IMG/VR virus record: IMGVR_UViG_2795385957_000004
Span: 5,225 to 69,224 of that record
DNA: 64,000 nucleotides
Reading direction: 5' to 3' (one strand)
Source of the DNA: a virus
Shown: positions 26,806 through 34,039 of the stretch, piece by piece
Layout of the letters: each line of letters opens with the position of its first letter
Numbering within the stretch: position 1 is the stretch's first letter
Translations under genes and position numbers: made by a program
Notes under the pieces: model-generated
What the model was told of the DNA's origin: nothing
Database searches by the model: none
The model's input: only the letters and a program-made list of their open reading frames with translations

Positions 26806-28050
26806 TCAAAATAGGCAGCGTTCTGGTGTGAACTTGAACCAAAAGTTCCAATGAAACTCCATCGTTCCGCAGCTTTTGTCTTCCGCCGCCCTTTTTAGCT
26901 GAGTTACCATGTCATTGATCGTGCTATCAATCTGACCGCATTGACCTGCCGCCGAGCCAATTACTACTCGCCCGAGAAAAGTAATTGGGCCTCCGATAAG
27001 TGCTATTGCGGTACCTCCCCACGAGCATACCTTCAAAAGCTCAGACTTGGAGTCTTCCAGCTCCCTGGCTATTCGGTTCATGTCGTCCAAGTCGTGTATC
27101 TGTGACTTAAATCCATTCACCTGGTCAGTGCGGACGACGCCCCACTGTTGTTTTACCTCAGGAGGGGGGCATTGCCCATTGCATCCACCCGATGGGACCG
27201 GTACGGGGAAAGGCTCTTTGCTCCAGGACCGAGATGGCCCGCCCTGACGAGGCAACCCGCCGTTGGGAAGCATGCTGCTGAGGGCATCGGGGATTTCACC
27301 TACTACCTCATTTACTACCTCTTCGGCAGGGTTCCCGAAGGACTGCGCTACCGCCTGGCACTGCTGCTGGCGCTCATTGAGCTGCTGAGTGGTGTCGTCC
27401 TGCTTGTTCTGCGGCTGCTCGGGCTGCTGAGTCTGCGTGGGGGCCTGGCTCGGCTGCTGCTGTTGGGGCTGCTGAGGTTGTTGGCCCTGTTGCGGTGACT
27501 GCTGCTGCGGCGCTTGGTAGTTAGGGTTCGGCTGGCCGGGGCCTTGCGTATAACCGGGTGCCGTGGAGTAGTTAGGCGGTTGCGTCCCGTGGGCGGGCTG
27601 ATCCCAACCTTGCTGCGGCTGCTGTCCACCGGACTGGCTGCCCTGTTGAGGTGCCCCCTGCGCGCCGGTTTGGTAGATGGAGATTCCGTTGTCCTGATTC
27701 ATCGGCGGCTGGTTACCGCCCTGGTAATCGGGCATGGAGCTGGGCATTTGGGGTGCTTGGAATTGCGAACCACCGCCGTCAGTCATTCCACCCGTGGGGC
27801 CGGGAGCGCCGGTAGGTTCGGCTGCGGCGGTCTGGACGGTCGAAAAGCCGCTACCGGGCATGGTCTGGTCGCTGGCGATCTTCGCGCCGCCGATCATGAG
27901 GGCTGCGATGGCGATGGCCGCGAGCGTTCGGCGAGCGTTGGGGGAGACGCGTCGTTGTGCTTTCTGAACATCGGGCCAGCGTTGCAGGTTGCGGCACCAG
28001 TACGTCTTGTATTGGTTGCGATGGCTGTTGTCACGGCGCATGGGAAACAA
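26806..28050 (-). CDS. Secreted Gln/Pro-rich protein with variable Cys-containing C-terminal domain
   Basis: RR + hydrophobic signal; long Q/P/G linker; low-GC C-terminal domain; start uncertain. Confidence 0.7.
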   Translation of the reverse strand: MFPMRRDNSHRNQYKTYWCRNLQRWPDVQKAQRRVSPNARRTLAAIAIAALMIGGAKIASDQTMPGSGFSTVQTAAAEPTGAPGPTGGMTDGGGSQFQAPQMPSSMPDYQGGNQPPMNQDNGISIYQTGAQGAPQQGSQSGGQQPQQGWDQPAHGTQPPNYSTAPGYTQGPGQPNPNYQAPQQQSPQQGQQPQQPQQQQPSQAPTQTQQPEQPQNKQDDTTQQLNERQQQCQAVAQSFGNPAEEVVNEVVGEIPDALSSMLPNGGLPRQGGPSRSWSKEPFPVPVPSGGCNGQCPPPEVKQQWGVVRTDQVNGFKSQIHDLDDMNRIARELEDSKSELLKVCSWGGTAIALIGGPITFLGRVVIGSAAGQCGQIDSTINDMVTQLKRAAEDKSCGTMEFHWNFWFKFTPERCLF

Positions 28051-28147
28051 CCTAGACCATGACGACCTGCGGGTAAACCCGAATCAGAAAACTTAGGTCG
28101 AGTTTGCCGACCGTGTGGTCGCGACCTGCGGAAAGGTTGCGACATGA

Positions 28148-28224
28148 CTGACTGTAGCTCAATTTGGTAGAGCGCTGGCTTTGGGTGCCAGGGGTTCGGG
28201 GTTCAAATCCCTGTAGTCAGACCA
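28148..28224 (+). tRNA. tRNA-Pro(TGG), encoded CCA
   Basis: CTGGC-TTTGGGT-GCCAG; ends ACCA. Confidence 0.9.
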
Positions 28225-28289
28225 GGGGACAATGCCGGTGTTTGCCGGTAGTTAGCAGGTTGGGTGCTGTTTCTCCGTATAGCCCGTAT

Positions 28290-28373
28290 GCGTGGGTTGG
28301 GCTTGTTGGGCAAGGCCCTCCAGACTGTAAATCTGGCGCTTCGGCTACGGCGGTTCGATTCCGTCCCTGCGTA
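28290..28373 (+). tRNA. tRNA-Tyr(GTA)
   Basis: CCAGA-CTGTAAA-TCTGG; long variable arm; TTCGATT T-loop. Confidence 0.8.
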
Positions 28374-28419
28374 CGTTCGGCGTAACGCTCGGGTCTGCTG
28401 CACGGATAGGTGACAGTTC

Positions 28420-29295
28420 CTAGGCGGCCTGATTGGCCGGTGGGGTCATGATGGTCTCGTATTCGATGGGCGTCAACCGGCCGAGGGTGCTTTGGCGTCG
28501 GCGGCGGTGGTAGGTGCGTTCGATCCAGGTCACGATCGCGATGCGAAGTTCGTCTCTGGAGGCCCAACGCCGCCGGTTCAGGACGTTCTTTTGCAGCAGG
28601 GCGAAGAAGGACTCCATAGCAGCGTTGTCCCCAGCGGCGCCGACTCGCCCCATGGACCCAATCATGTTGTGCCAGTGGAGTGTATGCACGAATTTCCGAG
28701 AGCGAAATTGACTGCCCCTGTCGCTGTGGACGATGCATCCGCGCACCTGTCCACGGCGGGCCACCGCATTGTTGAGGGCAGTCACCGCCAAGGACGCCTT
28801 CATGCGATTGCTGATTGAGTAACCCACGATGCGGTTGGAGAAAACGTCCTTGATGGCGCACAGATATAGCTTGCCCTCGGCGGTCCGATGTTCTGTAATA
28901 TCAGTGAGCCACAATACGTTTGGTGCGGTGGCGGTGAATTCACGGCAGACCAGATCATCGTGAACGGGTGGCCCTGGCTGCTTGCCGCTGCGGCCGCGTT
29001 TCTTCCCGAATACCGACCACCAACGGTTCTCATGGCAGCGCTTCCACACGGTCCGATCCGCCACCGCAATTCCCGCAGCGCGGACTTCGTCGGCCAGGAA
29101 CCGGTAGCCGAACTCGGGGTCATCGCGGTGGGCGTCATAGATCGCGTTCATCAACGACGCTTGCGCCCACTGCGCGGGGGTGACCGGCCCAGCACGCCAG
29201 CGATAGAACGGCTGACGGGCGATTTTGAGGACCCGGCACGTCACCGTGACGGGAACCCCGTCGGCGGCCAGCTCGCGGACGAGCGGGTACATCAT
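28420..29295 (-). CDS. IS3-family transposase OrfB (DDE/rve)
   Basis: WLTDIT, HSDRGSQF, DNAAMESFF, YH..R.QSTLG.LTP. Confidence 0.95.
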   Translation of the reverse strand: MMYPLVRELAADGVPVTVTCRVLKIARQPFYRWRAGPVTPAQWAQASLMNAIYDAHRDDPEFGYRFLADEVRAAGIAVADRTVWKRCHENRWWSVFGKKRGRSGKQPGPPVHDDLVCREFTATAPNVLWLTDITEHRTAEGKLYLCAIKDVFSNRIVGYSISNRMKASLAVTALNNAVARRGQVRGCIVHSDRGSQFRSRKFVHTLHWHNMIGSMGRVGAAGDNAAMESFFALLQKNVLNRRRWASRDELRIAIVTWIERTYHRRRRQSTLGRLTPIEYETIMTPPANQAA

Positions 29296-29597
29296 TTTGG
29301 GGACTGGCCCAGTTTCAGGTTGGCCTGCGACAGATACGCCGCCGCACGCCGCAGCACCTCGTTCTCCTGCTCCAGCAACCGCACTCGCCTTTTGAGCTCG
29401 CGGTTCTCGGCCGACTCTGCCGAACTCACACCGGGCCGATCACCGTCATCAACATCGGCCTGACGCATCCATTTCGACAACGTCATCGGGTGAATCCCGA
29501 AATCGGCCGCGATCTGCTCCAAGGTCACACCGGCATCGCGCTCACGAGCAACACGCACCACATCAGCACGGAACTCACGGGGAAACGGCTTTGGCAC
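29292..29597 (-). CDS. IS3-family transposase OrfA (HTH)
   Basis: FPREFR..VV; QIAADFGIH..TL.KW; ELKRR..LLEQENEVLRRAAAY; ATGA overlap / CCCCAAAA junction with orfB. Confidence 0.9.
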   Translation of the reverse strand: MPKPFPREFRADVVRVARERDAGVTLEQIAADFGIHPMTLSKWMRQADVDDGDRPGVSSAESAENRELKRRVRLLEQENEVLRRAAAYLSQANLKLGQSPK

Positions 29598-29701
29598 AGT
29601 GACATCCTTCCAGCTCACCCCAACAAGGCAAGCCATCTCAGTTGTCACCCACCCGTGCAGCAGACCGCTCTAAGGATGTCTATGCATGGGATACTGGCCG
29701 G

Positions 29702-30133
29702 GTGACTGGGCGGGAACATGAGAAAACGTCTTCCAAGGTATTCGTTAACGCGGCTGGTGGGCTGATTGCCGCCATCGCATTCGCAATACTCACCTGGGCG
29801 TGGCATAAGTGGCCTGACCTTATGGAGAATGCAAGAAGGTATCAAGAAGCCTATTCGGGTTACTCGCATTTTCCAACATTTCTGATTGCGCTGTGGATTG
29901 CTATCCTAGCTCCAATTGCAGCGATTGTATTGTTTGCGATCTTCGCTGTTCTAGCGTTTATCTCGCTGATGGGGTTCGTTGATTCCAGGAAGCCCGATTC
30001 GGATGACAAGGACGAATTTTTCACTTTCAATGCCGGGCTAATCCTGGGGGTTCTCACGCCATTCTCTGGATACGTGGCGTTTAACGGTATTTCCGAGGTT
30101 TGGCGTGAGGCAGTTTTCTTGTGGACTAAATAG
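29702..30133 (+). CDS. 3-TM membrane protein (cargo)
   Basis: Hydrophobic segments; low GC; stop overlaps the start of tRNA-Trp; start uncertain. Confidence 0.6.
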   Translation: MTGREHEKTSSKVFVNAAGGLIAAIAFAILTWAWHKWPDLMENARRYQEAYSGYSHFPTFLIALWIAILAPIAAIVLFAIFAVLAFISLMGFVDSRKPDSDDKDEFFTFNAGLILGVLTPFSGYVAFNGISEVWREAVFLWTK

Positions 30134-30204
30134 CTCGGTAGCTCAATTGGTAGAGCGCCCGTCTCCAAAGCGGGTGGTTGCAGGTTCGATTCCTGTCCGG
30201 GTTG
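30132..30204 (+). tRNA. tRNA-Trp(CCA)
   Basis: CCCGT-CTCCAAA-GCGGG; cloverleaf. Confidence 0.9.
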
Positions 30205-30208
30205 CAAT

Positions 30209-30292
30209 GGGGTACTGCCTCTCTGAAAGAGGGGGTGCGGGCGCTGTAACGGCGTCTGGGGCGTGTTGAGGCGCGTCTGGCGGGTAAGCCCC
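30209..30292 (+). ncRNA. Unassigned four-way-junction structured RNA between tRNAs
   Basis: Closing stem GGGGTACTGCC/GGCGGGTAAGCCCC with three internal hairpins; no T/D-loop consensus. Confidence 0.35.
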
Positions 30293-30324
30293 GATCACCG
30301 ATTGTCGGCGGTATATCCGGCTTT

Positions 30325-30398
30325 GGTTCCGTATCCCAATTGGGAGAGGATTCCGGCTTAGACCCGGTTTAGTGTGCGTTCGAGTCGCACCGGAACTA
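30325..30398 (+). tRNA. tRNA-Leu(TAG), short variable arm
   Basis: CCGG-CTTAGAC-CCGG; GGTTCCG/CGGAACT acceptor. Confidence 0.85.
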
Positions 30399-30399
30399 C

Positions 30400-30469
30400 G
30401 CGTAGTAGCTCAGTGGTAGAGCGTCCGGTTGTGGCCCGGAATACTTGGGTTCGATTCCCGGCTATCGCC
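30400..30469 (+). tRNA. tRNA-His(GTG), irregular acceptor stem
   Basis: TCCGG-TTGTGGC-CCGGA; acceptor GCGTAG/CTATCGC has a 1-nt bulge. Confidence 0.75.
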
Positions 30470-30474
30470 ACCAT

Positions 30475-30547
30475 ACCTACGTGGTCTAATTTGGCATGAC
30501 ACCGGATTCTGGTTCCGGTAATTGAGGTTCGAATCCTTGCGTAGGTG
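30475..30547 (+). tRNA. tRNA-Gln(CTG)
   Basis: CCGGA-TTCTGGT-TCCGG; ACCTACG/CGTAGGT. Confidence 0.88.
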
Positions 30548-30555
30548 CTTTATAT

Positions 30556-30628
30556 GTCGCGGTGGAGTAATTGGTATCTCGCCAGGCTCTCAACCTGGAG
30601 ACTACGGGTTCGATCCCCGTCCGTGATG
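30556..30628 (+). tRNA. tRNA-Glu(CTC)
   Basis: CCAGG-CTCTCAA-CCTGG; cloverleaf. Confidence 0.88.
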
Positions 30629-30638
30629 CGGTTCTTAT

Positions 30639-30833
30639 CTATGAACGTTCGGCGTTCGCGACTCTATCGGCCAACAGGCTGCACGCGATGGAACCCAATG
30701 CGTGTACGGTCGCGTATTTCAGCAATGCCTCTGGGTCATTCTCGGCGGGTCGAGATATGTTTTTCAGTGCCCACCATGCATCATCTGCGAGGCCGAATGC
30801 GAGACTCGTAATGTTATTGGATTCCATTTCCAT
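30639..30833 (-). CDS. Small hypothetical protein antisense to the tRNA operon
   Basis: Fills the gap between tRNA-Glu and tRNA-Gly; helical composition. Confidence 0.4.
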   Translation of the reverse strand: MEMESNNITSLAFGLADDAWWALKNISRPAENDPEALLKYATVHALGSIACSLLADRVANAERS

Positions 30834-30855
30834 AGCCGGGATTGTAGGGCTCTTT

Positions 30856-30927
30856 GTGGTAGTCGTCTAGTGGCAAGGACTCCTGCCTTCCAAGCAGGCT
30901 ACGCGGGTTCGAGTCCCGCCTACCGCA
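30856..30927 (+). tRNA. tRNA-Gly(TCC)
   Basis: CCTGC-CTTCCAA-GCAGG. Confidence 0.9.
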
Positions 30928-30934
30928 CGTTTTT

Positions 30935-31007
30935 GCCTTGTTAGCTCAGTGGATAGAGCGTCCGGCTACGGACCGGAAGGCCAGGGGTTCGAATCCTCTA
31001 CAGGGCG
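30935..31007 (+). tRNA. tRNA-Arg(ACG)
   Basis: TCCGG-CTACGGA-CCGGA. Confidence 0.9.
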
Positions 31008-31018
31008 CTTCGTCTGAA

Positions 31019-31090
31019 CCCTCGTTAGCTGAGATGGTTTAGCTGGGGACTCTTAATCCCTAGACGCAGGTTCGAGTCCTGCACGGGGGA
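31019..31090 (+). tRNA. tRNA-Lys(CTT)
   Basis: GGGGA-CTCTTAA-TCCCT. Confidence 0.88.
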
Positions 31091-31181
31091 CGTTGTGCAC
31101 ACATATTCAGTGCTGGCCTTTGTGTTCAGTGTCAGTGTTGATCAGTTTTCCTGAATCACTGCTTGATACTGAATATTTCAT

Positions 31182-31266
31182 GGAGGGTAAAGCAGGCGCG
31201 GGTGCGCCGACTCGCCTTGAAAGCGAGGTCCGTTTGCGCGGTGGGGATCAAGACCTCTGCTCTCCG
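31182..31266 (+). tRNA. tRNA-Ser(TGA)
   Basis: CTCGC-CTTGAAA-GCGAG; long variable arm; GGAGGGT/GCTCTCC; non-canonical T-loop ATCAAGA. Confidence 0.8.
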
Positions 31267-31315
31267 CTATTACCTGCATTGATTGCGGTAATGGGTCGCC
31301 TGGGCGACCATTTGT

Positions 31316-31389
31316 GCCGTTGTGTCCGATTGGTTAGGTGCTGGCCTGCAAAGCCGGTTAGCCCGGTTCGATTCCGGGGGACGGCTCCA
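31316..31389 (+). tRNA. tRNA-Cys(GCA), encoded CCA
   Basis: CTGGC-CTGCAAA-GCCGG; ends TCCA. Confidence 0.88.
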
Positions 31390-31547
31390 CCCTGGCTTCT
31401 TGTAGCAGCTTTGCAAGATGTTCCGCCAGATTCTTGGCGCGGCGGCGCACTGAGGTTTCACGCGCCATTGCAGCTAGTAAATAGAGGTCGGCGCATATTA
31501 GTGATGCCTTATCCCTGTCTAGGTAGATGGCGTCGGCCATTTGTTGT

Positions 31548-31619
31548 TCCTCCGTAGCTCAATGGCAGAGCAGCGCCCTGTTAAGGCGTCGGTTGTTGGT
31601 TCGAGTCCAGCCGGGGGAG
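31548..31619 (+). tRNA. tRNA-Asn(GTT)
   Basis: GCGCC-CTGTTAA-GGCGT; TCCTCCG/CGGGGGA. Confidence 0.9.
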
Positions 31620-31629
31620 CTTTTACAGT

Positions 31630-32048
31630 TCGTCCAGCTTGGCGATTAAAAGCTGTGCACAGTAGACCGCGCCTGCCGGTTACTGCGCTGACTCGGGTCA
31701 GTGTGTGTCGCGGCGGCGCTCGACGTGCCAGCCAGCGCGCCATGCACGGGCCTTGTCGAGGTCTCCGGGTGGCGCGGGGATGTGTGGGTTGCCGAGTGCT
31801 GGTGTGCCTGCCGTGTAGGCGTCCTTGCCGTCTTGGTAGACGGTCGCGCGGTGTTCGGCGTCTGCCGTGTTCTCTGGCGCGGTCATGGTTTCAGTGTATG
31901 TCGTGTGTGCGGTCATGGGTGGTTCCTTCTATGCTTGGGGTGCCGACCAGGCAGGGGCAACGTTTCTATTCATCAGAGAACTGTTGGTCCTAAACTCCTT
32001 CCTGGTCGGTTTCTAATCTCGTCCAGCTTGGCGATTAAAAGCTGTGCA
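31630..32048. repeat. Perfect 30-bp direct repeat pair (31630-31659, 32019-32048)
   Basis: TCGTCCAGCTTGGCGATTAAAAGCTGTGCA twice; internal CAGCTT/AAGCTG inverted repeat. Confidence 0.9.
31698..31916 (-). CDS. Small hypothetical protein between the direct repeats
   Basis: AGAAGGA RBS; Y.DG..AY.....NPH....AWRAGW motif. Confidence 0.55.
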   Translation of the reverse strand: MTAHTTYTETMTAPENTADAEHRATVYQDGKDAYTAGTPALGNPHIPAPPGDLDKARAWRAGWHVERRRDTH

Positions 32049-32064
32049 GAGTTGATAGCCTGGG

Positions 32065-32301
32065 TTAGCTACCGGGATTATGGTGTTGCTGTAGATAGGC
32101 GATAACCCCGTCAATGTGATCTAATCCGCGCACGCGAACATTGACCATAATGTCATTCGCGTTGTAGGTGATCATTATCGGAAACCATGGGTGTCTGCCT
32201 TCGGGTGGATAGTAGACAGTCTCACCACCATCGGCGACGATAGTCCACCCGTTTTCCTTGGCAGCTTGATCTATACGGTCACGCCCGGTCATACGTGGCA
32301 T
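32065..32301 (-). CDS. Hypothetical protein
   Basis: Part of the leftward operon. Confidence 0.5.
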   Translation of the reverse strand: MPRMTGRDRIDQAAKENGWTIVADGGETVYYPPEGRHPWFPIMITYNANDIMVNVRVRGLDHIDGVIAYLQQHHNPGS

Positions 32302-32465
32302 TTACGTCTCGTCTATGCCGAATTCGGCCAGGATATTGCGGGCTACCTGCGCGTCGCCGCTTCCCTCTGGGGCCTCGGCGAGCAGTTTCCGCGCCCACCG
32401 GATGACACCGTTGCTGTCCGGCGTTACGTCAATTGTATTGTTACTCATAGTTTTTAGTCTCCTGC

Positions 32466-33041
32466 TTATCGGTTGTTGATGTAGCCGGAACCGGCGTAGT
32501 GCTGGCCGCTGTCCATCTGGTCACGCAACATGCGGTAGGTGACTCGCCCGTGCGTATCGAACCACGTCAGCATTTCGTCGCTAGCGTATTTGCGCAGCTC
32601 GCGCAGGTTGCAGAACCACAGATTGCGCGCGTTGTACTTACCCGCGTGCTCACGCCTAGTCATGTGCCCGCGTGTATCGGCTTCCGCGCGTAGATATTCC
32701 ATTTCGGCAACGTCACGATGGTACAGCCTCACCAACTGGTCATAGCCTGGCGCAACGTATCCGAGTGAGCGCAGATCCGCGATTGCCTTCTGACGGTTGG
32801 TCAGCTCGGGTTCCGGCGCGGGCGGTTCGTCTGCCTCGGCAGTATCGACAACCGTGTTGGCGTCGATGATGTCAATAGCCTGGTAGAGGCAATCCAGTAC
32901 GTCACCGTTTGCGCCAGCGGCATGCAGTGCGTCTAATGCATCGGCAAGTATTTCAAGTTGACGTTGACGGTTGGCGAGTTCAGCGGCGATAGCTTTTTGC
33001 ACCGATTGCAATTCGTCGGTCGGATAGTCGCGCATATTCAC
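32466..33041 (-). CDS. Hypothetical protein
   Basis: AAAGGA RBS; AEADTRGH...LW......YASDE...WF..H.R.T motif. Confidence 0.7.
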   Translation of the reverse strand: MNMRDYPTDELQSVQKAIAAELANRQRQLEILADALDALHAAGANGDVLDCLYQAIDIIDANTVVDTAEADEPPAPEPELTNRQKAIADLRSLGYVAPGYDQLVRLYHRDVAEMEYLRAEADTRGHMTRREHAGKYNARNLWFCNLRELRKYASDEMLTWFDTHGRVTYRMLRDQMDSGQHYAGSGYINNR

Positions 33042-33084
33042 GGGGTTAGTCCTTTGGGAGGGTACTAAATGGCCTTACCCTCGG

Positions 33085-33113
33085 AGCGTACCAACTACGT
33101 ACGAAATGGGCAA
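33085..33113 (-). promoter_or_regulatory. Leftward sigma-A-like promoter
   Basis: TTGCCC-N17-TACGCT on the minus strand, extended TG; spacer nearly identical to the promoter at 34669. Confidence 0.65.
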
Positions 33114-33116
33114 GCG

Positions 33117-33314
33117 CTACTTGATGCGAATGTGTGGGTTTTCGCCCGCAACGATGCGTTGCAGGCTGCCACGTGATAGCCCGGTAGAACGCTCTAATTC
33201 GGAGTATGCGTAACCGTTGGCTTTAGCGTCGCGTATATCGTCGTAGAACTTGCGTGCGAGAGCGAGGATAGCCGCGTGCTGCTCACCCATAGCGGCCAGT
33301 ACCTCGTCTGCCAT
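33117..33314 (-). CDS. Small HTH protein
   Basis: IRDAKANGYAYSELERSTGLSRGSLQRIV. Confidence 0.7.
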   Translation of the reverse strand: MADEVLAAMGEQHAAILALARKFYDDIRDAKANGYAYSELERSTGLSRGSLQRIVAGENPHIRIK

Positions 33315-33498
33315 GGTTGGACAGTACACGTTCGCCTTGCGCTACCTCGTGTAGCCGCTGGTCCAGCTGCTCTAGGCGTGTCTGCATGACTGTTATGTCG
33401 ACAACCAGTTCTCGGCGCTCACGCTCCAATTTGGTGCGCTCACGGGCGAGCATCGCGGCGGCAACATGGTCGGGAATGTCGGGGATGACACTAGTCAA
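33283..33498 (-). CDS. Coiled-coil hypothetical protein
   Basis: TAAGGA RBS before TTG; heptad-like sequence. Confidence 0.45.
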   Translation of the reverse strand: MTSVIPDIPDHVAAAMLARERTKLERERRELVVDITVMQTRLEQLDQRLHEVAQGERVLSNHGRRGTGRYG

Positions 33499-33509
33499 CT
33501 GAATGGTCC

Positions 33510-33782
33510 TTAGATCAGCGTGAGTTGTTCGGCCTGGCTTCGTGTCTTGCTTGGTGCGTTGTACAGGAGGCCATGCGTCACGTACTCGGCGAATGGTCGA
33601 TAGTCGCATTTGCGTTCGATGACGACGTACCGCGCCTCGGGGTGGTCGATTATCCAGTCATAGCAGCGTTGCCAATCTTGGCTGACGGCGTGCACGGTCG
33701 CGGTGACGGGGTTACGCACAACCCAAGGGTTATCGTCCGGGCCAACGGTCACCGACACCAGGGCGAGCATGTCGAATTGCAT
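33510..33782 (-). CDS. Hypothetical protein
   Basis: AAGGAGG RBS. Confidence 0.55.
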   Translation of the reverse strand: MQFDMLALVSVTVGPDDNPWVVRNPVTATVHAVSQDWQRCYDWIIDHPEARYVVIERKCDYRPFAEYVTHGLLYNAPSKTRSQAEQLTLI

Positions 33783-33786
33783 CGGG

Positions 33787-34011
33787 CTATGCCTCCTTGC
33801 GGTGTTTGGCCGTGTATGGCTGCCACGTGTAGGTGTCTGCGCTTGTGTCGCGCACGAGCTGCCGGTTGTCGTAATGCGGCCAATGCGCCGGCGCGGCGTG
33901 CCGTCCTTCATTCCATTTCGTTGGGCGCGGGACGATGCCTGTACGTAGGCGCTTCATTAGGCGACGGGTGACGAGTTCGTTGTAGTTCTTGGGTGGGGCA
34001 ATGGTGGTCAT
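33787..34011 (-). CDS. Hypothetical protein
   Basis: AGGA RBS. Confidence 0.5.
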   Translation of the reverse strand: MTTIAPPKNYNELVTRRLMKRLRTGIVPRPTKWNEGRHAAPAHWPHYDNRQLVRDTSADTYTWQPYTAKHRKEA

Positions 34012-34039
34012 TGGTGTGAGTCCTATTCTGCCGATGGGG

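Larger units (their letters stand above)
28391..29667 (-). mobile_element. IS3-family insertion sequence
   Basis: 24-bp imperfect TIR GGTCTGCTGCACGG(A/G)T(A/G)GGTGACA at 28392-28415 and 29643-29666; (G)CTC target duplication; orfA/orfB. Confidence 0.92.

Noticed and set aside
28374..29700. IS-disrupted amber (CTA) tRNA suggested by the reconstructed empty site CGCTCTAAGG
   Set aside because: The rejoined sequence has no T-arm, D-arm or acceptor stem.
31093..32105. Plus-strand ORFs of 134-154 aa in the ORF track
   Set aside because: They overlap tRNA genes or minus-strand genes with RBSs, and have non-protein-like composition.
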